Assembly (NCBI GenBank): GCA_951406725.2
Contig: OX597815.1
Location: 6,138,001-6,202,000, forward strand
Reading direction: 5' to 3'
Length of the DNA: 64,000 nt
Origin: Octopus vulgaris
Lineage: Eukaryota
The notes below the pieces were generated by a model. That model was not told the origin of the DNA. It worked only from the letters and a program-made list of their open reading frames with translations, and ran no database searches. Made by a program: the position numbers and the translations under genes. Shown one piece after another: positions 13,884 to 26,640 of this stretch; the stretch's first letter is position 1; each line of letters opens with the position of its first letter.

Positions 13884-14463
13884 TGCAAGAGCGACGCTTG
13901 CGATGGTATGGTCATGTACTGCGGATGGATGAGGAGAGATGTGTGAAGAAGTGCCGCTCCCAAACAGTTGAAGGTATCAGGGGGGAGGTAGACCCAGGAA
14001 GACATGGGATGAGGTAGTCAAGCATGACCTCAGAGCATTGGGCCTCACAGAGGCAATGACGAAGGACCGAGATCTCTGGAGATATGCTGTGACTGCAAAG
14101 ACCCGGGCTGCTTCCTGTACTAGTCCCACATAGCCCCTGCCCAGTCAAAGTACCTTGGATTCCAGAACATCCCGCTGTGCTTGAGGAGACCTATTGAGTC
14201 AAGTACATGAACATCGAAATAAATATCAATGGAAATAGCAGTTGTGATACCTGTGCCGGTGGCACATAAAAAGCACCATCCGAACATGGCCGATGCCAGT
14301 GCCACCTCGACTGGCTTCTGTGCCGGTGGCACATAAAAAGCACCATCCGAATGTGGCCGATGCCAGCGCTGCCTTGGCTAGCTTCCGTGCCGGTGGCACG
14401 TTTAAAGCACCAACCAATCGTGGCCAATGCCAGACTCCCCTGGCACGTAAAAAGCACCCACTA
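13884..14463 (+). mobile_element. RTE LINE ORF2 C-terminus and 3'UTR
   Basis: QERRLRWYGHVLRMDEERCVKKC..GRPRKTWDEVVKHDL..DRDLWR (frameshifted), typical of RTE-clade C-termini. Confidence 0.88.
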
Positions 14464-14801
14464 CATTTTACATTTACTGCAGACACATTTGCTTCACAGG
14501 AATTCTTCAGAAACTTAGATGCTAAGATTTCATTACTAAGAAACCATTTCCTTCTAATTCCTGTGTCCTGTCTTATATTCAAGTTTTCTGGAAATTTTCA
14601 ACTGGCCTAATAGACTCATGCTGCCAAAAATTTCTTGTGCTTTTCAAAAGAGGTCAAAGCAAACATAATTTGTTACTCGATCTATGACACCTCTCTCTCT
14701 CTCCCTTCCTCTCTCAGTCTCTCTCTCTTTCTCTCTTTCTCTCTCTCTCTCTCTCCCTTCCTCTCTCAGTCCCTCTCTCTCTTTCTCTCTCTCTCTCTCA
14801 G

Positions 14802-14845
<44 letters not shown>

Positions 14846-15158
14846 CTCTCCTCTCTCAGTCCCTCTCTCTTTCTCTCTCTCTTGAGGAATTTTTGACAAA
14901 CATGAAATAACCTCTCAATTTCGTTTGTAATTAGAACTGGGTCATCAGTAACGACTTCAGCTTTCCAGTTAGCTAGGTTTCATTACAACCAAATTAAGCA
15001 TCTCTTTCATTAAATTTTGAAATATAATCAACATCTACAACACAGACTTTTCGAGATGCCATCTTGAATTTTTATTCCAATATAGAAAACAACAAACAAC
15101 CATTTATAACAAAGTATTTGTGAGTGGTGGAGAGTGTGCATGTGTGTGTGTATATATA

Positions 15159-15193
<35 letters not shown>

Positions 15194-15423
15194 CTGTGAA
15201 AATAATAAGGGTAGAAAATTTAGAGAAATCTTCTTCCGGTGGCCAGCATGTGTAATAAAGTCATTAGACAACATATTTTTCATATTAAAAAAATGTACTT
15301 ATTTATACGCAAAGGAAGTGACCTTTAACAGGACACCTTACATGCTAGAAAGGGCAGTTTAAGCCCAAACCACGAATAAGAGTAATTTGAAAAGGGAAGA
15401 AGAATAAATATTTCTATAGTTAC

Positions 15424-15491
15424 CCCTAGACTCGAGTTTCTGCATCAATGTGCAAAAAAATTAATTTGCCATCCATGCTTCTTCAGTAAGG
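15424..15491 (-). ncRNA. Type-I hammerhead ribozyme motif in a TA-flanked repeat (~15192-15530)
   Basis: Minus strand: CCTTA-CTGAAGA-aGCAT...ATGCa-GAA-ACTCGAGT-C-TAGGG. Confidence 0.8.
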
Positions 15492-15592
15492 AAACTAAAA
15501 TTAATGCATTTTTATGTAGCTCGGAGAATACATATATATATATAAATATATGAAAGAATGGAGTTGAACGACGAATTAACAAAATTCCTTTA

Positions 15593-15615
15593 TTTTCGAC
15601 ATATGTTTCGAAGGC
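15593..15615 (-). ncRNA. 3' half of a hammerhead motif (truncated)
   Basis: Minus strand: GCCTTC-GAA-ACATATGT-C-GAAAA; no CTGANGA half seen. Confidence 0.4.
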
Positions 15616-15711
15616 TGCATATTCCTAATTGTCTTCTCTGATGTGAATTTGCTACCCAGGTATCGGTTAACCGAATTATCCATAACAAGATAATTCATTC
15701 AACTACTCAAG

Positions 15712-15719
<8 letters not shown>

Positions 15720-15773
<54 letters not shown>

Positions 15774-15778
15774 TGAGT

Positions 15779-15874
<96 letters not shown>
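15720..15874. repeat. (GT)n microsatellite
   Basis: Direct reading. Confidence 0.95.
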
Positions 15875-15876
<2 letters not shown>

Positions 15877-16537
15877 ATATTTTTATCTGGTGAAAGCCAG
15901 TTTATGGGATTACCCTAAATCTCCTGTCCATATTGGGTTACAGGAAACCCAGGGTAACTCCATAATGCAGCCCCTTCACCAGACAAAAATGTGGTCTGCT
16001 CTATTTCATAGAATGTACTTCTTCTCCAGATTTATGTTTTTCTAAAAAATGATATATATATATATATTTGTGAAGTATATTTGCCACTTAGATGTGGCTA
16101 ACCCTTAAGGGTTGATGCTACTGTAGCTTGTAGCCCCAGGAAGACATCTCCTCCAGCTAGTTATTGACACACTATTTGTGCCCTATCAGTATTTTCAAAG
16201 GAAAGTCATCCTTCCCATCTCCAGCCTGATGTGATACACACGGACCCAAGTTTCTGGGTATTGACCCATCAGCATGTAACAACCACCAGTTGGCAATGGG
16301 AAGTGATTCTCAATGCAAATATATATATATACTTTTTTCAGTCATCACCATCATCATCATCATCATCATCATCATTTTAATGACCACTTTCCTATGTTTG
16401 CATGGGTCAGATGGAATTCAACACGGAATTTTTTAGCTGGATTCCCTTTGTATGACCGATCCTCACCTGTTTGCAACCAAGGTAAATATTTTGTCGCCAT
16501 GATAGATTGTTAGCCTCTCCTTGTTTTTTCTGTGTCC

Positions 16538-16573
16538 CTTTCTGTAGAAGAGCGTAGGCTCGAAACGTAAAAG
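16538..16573 (+). ncRNA. Hammerhead-like motif with variant core CTGTAGA, in a repeat spanning 16515-16670
   Basis: CTTT-CTGTAGA-A-GAGC(gtag)GCTC-GAAA-CGTA-AAAG; identical at 58793-58828. Confidence 0.7.
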
Positions 16574-16827
16574 ACTTTTTCTATTCCTGAGCGTTATACT
16601 AATACATCTGTTTGTTTTGTACACCACCAGTCTTCGTTTTTTGGTTTTTTTTTCATAAATTCTCCCTAAATATTTTGCCTTGGCCAGACATTTTTGCATT
16701 GAAGAGTAGATATGAGTAACACCTCTTGCTTGATGGGGACACAACTCTGATGTGCTGTCAAGAGAAGAAACCATAAACACACACACACCCATGACAGGCT
16801 TCTTTCAGTTTCCATCTACCAAATCTA

Positions 16828-17146
16828 TTGTAGTTGTAATACCAGTGCCAGTGGCATGTAAAACAACCATCCGAACGTGGCCGTTGCCAGCGCCGCCTCG
16901 ACTGTCCTCCGTCCCGGTGGTACGTAAAAAGCAACAACCGATCGTGGCTATTTGCCAGCCTCCCCTGGCACGTAAAAAGCACCCACTACACTCTTGGAGT
17001 GGTTGGCGTTAGGAAGGGCATCCAGTTGTAGAAACACTGCCAGATCAGACTGGAGTCTGGTGCAGCCTCCTGGCTTCCCAGACCCCGGTCGAACCGTCCA
17101 ACCCATGCTAGCATGGAAAACGGACGTTAAACGATGAACGATGATG
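16828..17146 (+). mobile_element. RTE LINE 3'UTR inserted into a minus-strand family A SINE
   Basis: SINE halves at ~16775-16825 and ~17148-17260 flank the RTE UTR. Confidence 0.8.
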
Positions 17147-17265
17147 ACTCACAAGGCTTTGTTTGGTCCAGTGCTGCAGCATAAGACACTTTCCCAAGGG
17201 ATTGAACCTGAAACCTTACAGCTATGAAATGAACTACTCAACCTCACAGCCATCCCTACACCTAC

Positions 17266-17323
<58 letters not shown>

Positions 17324-17949
17324 TGCACACACACACGCACTATAATTCTGGACCTATAACCTTAGTCATTAAGTTATTAAGAAGGATTTTTTATCACCCC
17401 ACCCCACCCCCAATATATAATTCCAAGAATACACCAACAGCATTGGCACTATGTCCACGCCCCCTTCACTTCTCAGCCCCACCCCTGCCACCCAATTTAA
17501 GTCCTCAAGCAGCCATCTTAGAACTCGTTATTTCTGCTAGTTGAGAATGAAGATTCCTTCTTTCTCTCAGGGTCTTTTTCGGGGCTTAAATTATCTTGTC
17601 TTTTCTTATTATTTCCTTAGAACTGATTGCTCCCTGACATGAAACTTAATTGCCACTTTTGACATTTTCACCATCTTTTCATTTTCGGTCTTTTGTGTCT
17701 TAAAAAATACATGGCTATTGGAAGAATTCCAAGCTAAAAAAGTAAAGAACTTCAATCAACATAAAACTATAAGAACAAGGAAAGAAGTATAACAAACAAT
17801 ATTACAGTCATTTTGTTAAGTTCAAATTACTAGTTAAACTTAATAGTAACTTTATGTTTGAAAAGTAGAAAATTATGTACATTTAACCATAAAAACTCTG
17901 TTGTCCTTGACTTAGGAGAAATATTTGTAAAGAAGGCTGAGTGTTTTGG

Positions 17950-18370
17950 AAGTATAGTTTTGCCAGATCAGGAAATATGGCATAACAACCCGGTTCGATA
18001 AACCATAAGACGTGTGGCCAGAAACCCCTGGAAAATAACCATAGCGAAGTTCATTCCACAGTTGAATTGGAACAGTCAAAAAGAGTGATAGGTGTGAAGA
18101 GGACAAAGATTAAGTGACCGAAAGCAAATGACGAAGTCAGTCAGTCGCCGGCTGACACTTGTTGATGCTACACCAAAGAGGCCAGGGAACAGAAGAAAGA
18201 AGACACCCAACACCAGAGCTGAAGACACCTCCGAAAGGGGGGTGGGCCGCCACGTCAAAATGGTAGAAGAGTAGGGGCTGAAACCGGATGTGGTTCCTCC
18301 TGATGATGTCTTGAGCTAACTGGATCCTATAAAGGAGCTGTTGTGGTAGCAGACCACGAAACACGGTTGA
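17950..18370 (-). mobile_element. Degenerate LINE (CR1/Jockey-group) C-terminal remnant
   Basis: SLFLTVPIQLWNELRYGYFP resembles the SFF..T...WN.LP C-terminal motif. Confidence 0.4.
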
Positions 18371-18379
18371 AACTCCATA

Positions 18380-18710
18380 GGTGCAGGAGTGGCTGTGTGG
18401 TAAGAAGCTTGCTTCCCAACCACATGGTTCTGGGTTCACTCCTACTGTTGGCACCTTGGGTAAATGCCTTCTACTACAGCCTTGGGTTGACAAAAGTCTA
18501 TGAGTGGACTAAGTAGACGGAAACTGTAAGAAGCCTGTCAGATATACTTATGTATCTGTGTATTGTGTGTGTCTTTGTGTCTGTGTTTGTTGTCCACCAC
18601 CCCTTGGCAACCGGTGTTAGTGTGTTTATGTCCCCATAACATAGTGGGTCAACAAAAAAGACCAATAGAATAAGCACCACCCTTTTGAAGTACCAGGGTC
18701 AATTTGTTCA
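18380..18710 (+). mobile_element. SINE family A
   Basis: Head and body match, diverged. Confidence 0.85.
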
Positions 18711-18819
18711 ATGGATGCCTTTTATGTAGCATCCATGGTGGCACCATGGAAAAAACACCCGTGCTGGTGCCACATAAAAACACCCATTATACTCTGTAAA
18801 GTGGTTGGCATTAGGAAGT

Positions 18820-19196
18820 GGGGAGCTCCAAAAGGGATCTCTGGGAGTAGCGTCCCTACCTTTCTGAGCTAGTTTTCCACCACATTTCTTAAAAATTGTG
18901 GTAAAGGCCTTGGTCTTGGGACCACTCATGTTTAGAAACTGAGGCTGGGGTAAGCAAGGGCATGCTCCCCGTAGAAAATCCAGCTCCTAAAAGGTCCCAT
19001 GATAGCAAAGGAGAATGGGCACCAGCCAGCCCAAAGGTAGGGGTGGGATGTACCTGCTTACTTCAAAAAGGAAGATGCAAACAGGATGCCCAAAACCAGG
19101 CAAGATGGCGAGATGGTGTGAGGGCAATTGCCATGGCATCGAGGTAGATCTGACCACCCACCCCATTAATGGGGACAAAACACTGAATTGAAAACA

Positions 19197-19245
<49 letters not shown>

Positions 19246-19285
19246 GTGGTGGTGATGGTGATGATAATGATGGTGATGATGATGG

Positions 19286-19316
<31 letters not shown>

Positions 19317-19330
19317 GATGAATATGATGA
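18820..19330 (+). mobile_element. Unclassified (GAT)n-tailed retroposon fragment
   Basis: Contains AAGGGCATGCTCCCCGTAGAAA, similar to the RTE terminal motif, and ends in (GAT)n. Confidence 0.4.
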
Positions 19331-19583
19331 CAAAGAAGGTTGCTAATGAGAGGATGAGAATGTAAATAAAATTGCCAAAATAACAGGAAAAATAGGAAAA
19401 TTGTATTGCTCTTTCGCCAAAATATTTCTACAGATTTGATTATTTAAATATGTCCAAGATATTTTTGCTAATGACTCCCTCATTATTCTACATTCTTTTA
19501 TTTTCCACAATAAATGCTCTGCCTACTTTTACAAATGTTTTAGATGTATATATTCCTATTCCAAATTATTGCCAAAATATATA

Positions 19584-19800
19584 AGGCGCCAAGCTGGCAG
19601 AATCATTAGCACACTGGATGAAATGCTTAGTGGTGTTTCACCCATCGCTATGTTCTGAGTTCAAATTCCGCCAAGGTCGACTTCACCTTTCATCTTTCCA
19701 GGGTTGATAAAATAAGTACCAGTTGAACACTGGGGTCAATGTAGTCGCCTCGATCCCTCCCCCCAAAACATCAGGCCTTGTGCCTGTTTTAGAAAGGAAA
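19584..19800 (+). mobile_element. tRNA-derived SINE family B (tail type 2)
   Basis: AGCTGGCAGAATCATTAGCAC head, GAGTTCAAATTCC B-box, CCTTTCATC..GATAAAATAAGTACCAG core. Confidence 0.85.
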
Positions 19801-19826
19801 ATTACCAAAATATATGCATATATATA

Positions 19827-20212
19827 GGCGTAGGAGTGGCCTATATATATGCATATGGTTCCGGGTTCAGTCCCACTGCGTGGCACCTTGGGCAAGTGTC
19901 TTTTACTATAGCCTCGGGCTGATCAAAGCCTTGTGAGTGGATTTGGTAAACAGAAACTGAAAGAAGCCCGTCGTATATATGTATTTATGTATGTATGTGT
20001 ATATGTTTGTGCGTCTGTGTTTGTCCCCCAACATCGCTTGACAACCAATGCTGGTGTGTTTGCGTCCCCGTAACTTAGTGGATTGGCAAAAGAGACCAAT
20101 AGAATAAGTACTAGGCTTACAAAGAATAAGTCCTGAGGTCGATTTCTTCGACTAAAGGTGGTGCTCCAGCATGGCTGCAGTCAAATGACTGAAACAAGTA
20201 AAAGAGTAAAAG
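19827..20212 (+). mobile_element. SINE family A
   Basis: Consensus match; ends GAAACAAGTAAAAGAG. Confidence 0.9.
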
Positions 20213-20621
20213 CGTACAGCAAGTATATACACATGGGTTTATGATCTTACAAAGGGGTTACATAAAGGTTTTCCAAAGGTTTTCAAGGGGCAGCAAGTCT
20301 AGTTTGTGTAAAAGCTGTGTATTTGCAACATTTTTGACACATTCCATGCAAAAGCTACAAATGTGCAGACATTGTGAAAGCACCAACACACATTGGCCTT
20401 CTGAATTTTCAATCAGTAATTTATCTGTAATTTCAAATGATTTGTTTTTTTTAGTTCTGCCTCAAAAACGAAATACGTGTGTGCAGTGAAGTAAAGAAAT
20501 AGGCTAAAATTGAATACACGATATCTCTCAGCAAGTTGAATATAAAAAGGCAAAAGCAGAATACATGAAACAGAATAACTAATAGCAGCATCCATACAGC
20601 ATTATTGATGACACAGAGTAT

Positions 20622-20726
<105 letters not shown>

Positions 20727-20739
20727 ATTAGATTTACCA

Positions 20740-20898
20740 GCAGGAGTGGCTGTGTGGTAAGCAGCTTGCTAACCAACCACATGGTTCCGGGTTCAGTCCC
20801 ACTGCGTGGCATCTTGGGCAAGTGTCTTCTGCTATAGCCCCGGGCCGACCAATGCCTTGTGAGTGGATCTGGTAGACGGAAACTGAAAGAAGCCTGTC

Positions 20899-20944
<46 letters not shown>

Positions 20945-21167
20945 GTGTGTATATGTTTGTGTGTCTGTGTTTGTCCCCCTAGCATTGCTTGACAACCGAT
21001 AAACTGGTGTGTTTACGTACCCGTCACTTAGCGGTTCGGCAAAATAGACCGATAGAATAAGTACTGGACTTACAAAGAATAAATCCCGGGGGTCGATTTG
21101 CTCGACTAAAGGCGGTGCTCCAGCATGGCCGCAGTCAAATGACTGAAACAAGTAAAAGAGTAAAAGA

Positions 21168-21169
<2 letters not shown>
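20740..21169 (+). mobile_element. SINE family A, young full-length copy with target-site duplication
   Basis: ATTGATTAGATTTACCA at 20723-20739 and 21214-21230. Confidence 0.93.
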
Positions 21170-21217
<48 letters not shown>

Positions 21218-21458
21218 ATTAGATTTACCAATGAGAAAAAAAGAGAGAAAATAAATTTGATAATCAGTATTTATTTTCATAAAAACATCAGTTGAGTATT
21301 ATGAGACAAAGAAGAGAGCAGAATGAACTTTCAAATACAAAAAATAAACAGAATGACTCCAGCCTGTTTCATATAATTTAAAGCTTGTGTTGAATAATTT
21401 AGAAAGTAAATCATATGAAGTGAAACTACTTCAACAGCTTAAAATGGCTAAGTGCTAC

Positions 21459-21499
<41 letters not shown>

Positions 21500-21504
21500 C
21501 ATGT

Positions 21505-22019
21505 GTTAGTTAGTTAGTTAATTTTTTGGCTCAAAAAGCAAAAGGCAAGGCCATGTAGGGGGACATGGAGTTATGTACAGGGAGGGTGTTCATGCAAAGA
21601 GTTCAGGCCACTTGAGGTCAAGGGAGACTTTGAACAAAGCGGTCGTCGGCATCTTCACCATCTCGCCTGGCAGCTTGTTCCACGGATCTGCAACCCGGAC
21701 GGAGAAAGCCCCTCTCCTTCGATTGAGATAAAATTGTCGCAGATAGAGCTTTTCGGAGTGACCCTGCAGCCGACGCTCTAGAGCAGGAGCGAAGAACAGC
21801 TCTTTCGAGAGGTTACACTTTCCGCTTATGATGTTGTGAGCAAGAATGAGATCACCACGGCGGCGGCGTTTTTCTAGAGAATAAAGGTCAAGCATCTTCA
21901 GCCTTTCTTCATAAGACAAATTCTTGAGACCAAGAACCATGCGGGTAGCCAGCTTCTGGACTCTTTCGAGATGCTGTATGTCTTCGAGGAGATAAGGAGA
22001 AGAGGCTTGAATCCCGTAC
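21505..22019 (-). mobile_element. CR1-clade LINE 3' fragment with (CTAA)n tail
   Basis: ORF 21590-22051 LERVQKLATRMV..LSYEERLK.L.L.SLEKRRRRGDLI..GH..KL..FSVRV...WNKLP. Confidence 0.92.
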
Positions 22020-22439
22020 ACCACTAAGTAAGTTAGGGGTTGTGGATCCAACCAACTAAGGGATAATACTTATCCAATATACTGTTGGTATAATACCCAA
22101 ATTATTAATGCACAAGTGTTTTTAATTGCAATGCAATAAACTTAATTATTATATTAAATGGGTGAAGGTAAAGAAATATTTTACCATTAATTTATATTAC
22201 AAATAAGAAAATAGAGAAACACATTAGTTGGTTTATCAACTTTAGGATATTAAAAAGTTGACTTAATAATTTATCAAAACAACAACTATAATAACATACA
22301 TATATACATGCATATATATGTTATATGCATGTATACATGTATGTTATTATGGTTGTAGTTTTGTTAATTAAATAAGACAACATTCTAATATCCTAAAGCT
22401 GATAAACCAACTAATGTGTTTCTCCATTTTCTTAAATTG

Positions 22440-22445
<6 letters not shown>
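22020..22445. mobile_element. AT-rich repeat with a terminal inverted duplication (second copy at 51529-51942)
   Basis: 22193-22300 is the near reverse complement of 22337-22445. Confidence 0.75.
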
Positions 22446-22493
<48 letters not shown>

Positions 22494-22496
<3 letters not shown>

Positions 22497-22990
22497 GACA
22501 TGCAGGAAGTAAATAGACACCTTTAATTTTCAAAGTCTTTTATTTGATATTAATTGGTTGAAGGAGAGGTTTTCTTCTAGCTGCTCGTCCATAATACCCA
22601 AGCTTATGCAGATATATAACACACGTTCTTGGACTAACTTCTAGCTGTTTTGCAATGTCAGAAGCTTTTGAACGGGGTTCATTTTCCACAATTCTCTTCA
22701 AACAACAAAGTTTCCTTTCCGAGGGCTAAGGTTGACCGGGATGAGAATCTGTTGATTCTTTTCCTTGACTTTTGAATTGCACTATAATTCTATAAACAGT
22801 AGCAAGAGGTATTTGAAGATTTTCGGCAACTTTTCGCTGGCTAAGACCAGCCTCAAATTGCCCAACAATACGACCTCTTTGAAAATCTGACAGTTCAGCT
22901 GAATTTTTTGTGTATGGCATAGTTACTCTTCACAAATGTTTAATAAAATAGCACCCAGAATGAAAAAGAATAATTACATTTTAAATTCTA
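22494..22990 (-). mobile_element. Tc1-like transposon remnant (N-terminal HTH)
   Basis: ORF 22726-22920 ELSDFQRGRIVG..AGLSQRKVA..L.IP.ATV.RI. Confidence 0.75.
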
Positions 22991-23849
22991 CACTACTGAC
23001 CGTGAGAAGAGCACTGTTGAAGTGTTAAGTGAAATTTGGCAATCGAGGATTGAATCCACACTATGCTTGCATGAAGACACTACGAATACGTTGCGGAATA
23101 AAAAAATTTAGCTACTGTCATGGAAAAAGTGTAACAATGCAGAATTATCGTAGTAATGGGCATTCAAAAAGGTGCGTATGTATGAATGAAATCTTTAATG
23201 TTTAAGATTCAAATTATGGAAGTGCAATCATAATGTTTAGCAGTTCAAATCTGTCAGTAGTGAAATGCAGAATTAGGTCAGCTGATCAGGCGAATCAAAT
23301 ATTGATCGCTTCACTAAAAACTGCAGGTGGTATGGGTTATTTCTCTTGGGTTGTTTGAATAAAATATTAGTAATATGTAGTAGATAGAAGGATCCATTGG
23401 AGGAGCACTATTATCGATTTTTTTCAACAATCAAAGTATGTTACGAGGTTTCCTGGCATGAGGTCTACTCACGTGTCAAATAAAGTGATAATGTCTGCAA
23501 AAATTAGAAATTGGACACGCAAAAAATCAATATCCAAAGTAATCAAACATAAACAATGAAATGGGTTATCTCCCTTGAGTGTTTAAAAAATATGAAATAT
23601 TGTACAGGTTTAATGGGTTATTTCCCTTGAATTAAAAAAAAATAGTTATATAAGGTAGTATAATGGTCCCTTCTAAGGGCTGTGTTATCGCTTTTTTTCA
23701 ACAATCTAAGTATGTCACGAGGTTTCCAGACATGAGTTCTACTCACAAGTCAAGTTTCATCAAAATCAATAAAACGATGTGGGAGGAGTTAGATAACAAC
23801 GCCACAAACAAACACACACAGATTCTCCACATATGTCATAGATATATAT

Positions 23850-24012
23850 GATGGACTTCTTTCAGTTTCTGTCCATCAAATTCCTTTATAAGGCTTTGCT
23901 CAGCTTGGGGCTATAGCAGAAGACATTTGTCCAAGGTGCCACGCAGTGGGATTGAACCCAGAACCATGTGGTTGGGAAGCAAGCTTCTTACCACACAGCC
24001 ACTCCTACGCCT
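23850..24012 (-). mobile_element. SINE family A head
   Basis: Reverse-complement match. Confidence 0.85.
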
Positions 24013-24334
24013 ATATATATTCATGATAATCTATATAGTTGTTGAAATAGTTAGTTCTGCCTCTAAGCGTCTTAGCAACACAGATCGATAACACACTGTA
24101 AATCAATCCCATCAGATACAACTGATCAATACTTGTTGTTTGAGAAAATATAGGTTTTCTACAACTGGAAAATAAAAAGTGATCCATTCAGCTGATTCTA
24201 ACATACTTTACTTTTTGTAAAACTTCTAAGAACTGAAACTGAATTTTAGTACAAATTGGTTCAACAGGCAAAGAATTAATGTGTCAAATGTGATTTTGAT
24301 TTCTTGCTGCATCTGTGTAGGGTTGGGCAGGGGT

Positions 24335-24565
24335 CATGTAAAAGTCACCATTAAAGTGTGGTTGATGCCGGTACTACCTGACTGGCCCTTATGCCAGTGG
24401 TATGTAAAAAGCACCCACTACACTCTTGGAGTGGTTGGCATTAGGAAAGTCATCCAGTTGTAGAACCTCTGCCAGATCAAGATTGGAGCCTGGTACTGCC
24501 TTCTGGCTTGCAAACCTTCAGTCAAACTGTCCAATCCATGCCAGCATGGAAAACAGACGTTAAAC

Positions 24566-24601
<36 letters not shown>
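24335..24601 (+). mobile_element. RTE LINE 3' end
   Basis: Terminal motif and (GAT)n. Confidence 0.8.
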
Positions 24602-24602
<1 letters not shown>

Positions 24603-24629
24603 CAGTGACCTGGCAGAATCATTAGCATG

Positions 24630-24741
24630 AACTGCTAAGTTACAGGGATATAAACACACCAACACCAGTTGTCAAGTGATGGCGAGGGAACAAACACAGA
24701 CACACAAACATATACACACATATACATATATACATACATGC

Positions 24742-24783
<42 letters not shown>

Positions 24784-25007
24784 ATGTATGTATATATATA
24801 TATATATATATATGTATACATATATATATACATATATATATGACAGGCTTCTTTCAGTTTCCATCTCCCAAATCCTCTCACAAGGCCTTGGCCGGCCTGA
24901 GGCTATAGTAGAAGGCAATTACCCAAGGCACCCACAGCGGGACTGAACCAAGAACCATGTGGTTGGGAAACAATCTTCTTACTACTACACAGCCACACCC
25001 ACACCTG
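24630..25007 (-). mobile_element. SINE family A
   Basis: Reverse-complement match. Confidence 0.8.
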
Positions 25008-25449
25008 TATACCTGTGCTAGATTGTCAGCAGACTACTTGTTTCACCTGTATTCGTATTACCACCTGATGCTCATTAATCTTACTACAAACATTACGGTA
25101 CCCCCACCATTAAAGTACCCACAAATTACAGTCTACCCCTATTAATGTCAATTATAATGTAATGGCATCCGTTAATGAATTTGTAATGTTATGACAGTTG
25201 TTATTCTAATTCACAATATTTATTATAATCTACAAACTGGGGATAACTGGTTCTAATTCACTTTTCTCGTAGAATATAACGATGGGATATGATAATACAA
25301 TTTAGAAGTGTTGTTGCACTTTGCTGACGAATCAGGGTTTCTAATCAGCAGGAAAAAAAACTGTTTATATTTAGACTATGACATCTATGCATGCATACAC
25401 AGTTACCTATCTACCTACCTACCTACATACATACATACATACATACATA

Positions 25450-26405
25450 ACATCATAAGACTTGGATGGCAGCTCCTTGAGCAACACTCTTTGTCTGATA
25501 ACCTACAATACATACCCAAAGAAGTGTCACACGACTCTACCGCAACATATTATCAGATGAAAGGATGAGCCTATATGAGCAGAAGACTATGCATGGATAT
25601 GTCAGTAGAAAGCTCCATGATGATAGTAACATCAATCATCAAAGCAGTTTATCATGGATGAATAACCGGATTACTACCTCCCACTTTGAAGGGTATGCAT
25701 CTGCAATCCTGGAACAGGAAATATCAACCAAGTACCTGAAGCACAAAAGGGATAGGGATGCAGGAAAAGCCATAAAGTGGAGTTCACACAGAAGATATCA
25801 GCCACATCATAAGCAGTTGTCTGAAAATATCATCATGGTATTATCCACCGAAGTTGTAGCTAGGACACTCTATAATGAACTCCGTCGGAAGGATAACACC
25901 TAGGACAAAGAAATAAGAACCCACAATATGATAGAAACCATAGCCACTCATAATAAAAAGAGACACTGGTGGAATGTCCCAGTGAAGACCTCAATAAAAT
26001 CTAAGCACAACAGACCTGATATAATGATTTTGGATAGAGAAGAGAAACTGTGCACAGTTGTGGAAATTCGCTGCCCAGCGGATGTTAACATAAAGCTGAA
26101 GATCAGTGAAAAAGAGAACACCTACAAAGAACTATTGAGAATTCTGCAGTTACTCTATCCAGTTACTGTGGTTATTGGGGTCCTGACATATGTAACACAC
26201 TGTCTAAATACCAATCTTGAGAAGTTAGGCTTCTCAAAACCAGAAAGGAGAAAGCTAATTCGAAGACTACAGATCTAATCCATCACTGGAACTGTAAAAA
26301 TCTGTAAAACTTTCCAGAAGTTTATCATTTAAGTATATATGAACATGTCTAGATATGCAACTATATGCATCAGAATACATACATAAAACAAAACATACAA
26401 ATCTG
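25450..26405 (+). mobile_element. R4-like RLE retrotransposon 3' fragment flanked by (TACA)n
   Basis: ORFs 25565-25903 (MHGY..SLSWM..AILEQEISTKY) and 25928-26278 (WWNVPVKT..HNRPDIMI.D..VVEIRCP). Confidence 0.85.
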
Positions 26406-26588
26406 CACATACATACATACATACATACATACATACATACATACATACATACATACATACATACATACATACATACATACACACACACATACATACATAC
26501 ACACATACATATATACACACATACATACATACATACATACAAACACGGTATTTTTCAATGTTATTATTATTATTATTATTATTATTAA

Positions 26589-26639
<51 letters not shown>

Positions 26640-26640
26640 T

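Noticed and set aside
23300-23843. Possible second Helitron-like element on the minus strand
   Set aside because: It has an ATCTAT-like start and internal repeats, but no identifiable 3' hairpin-CTRR end
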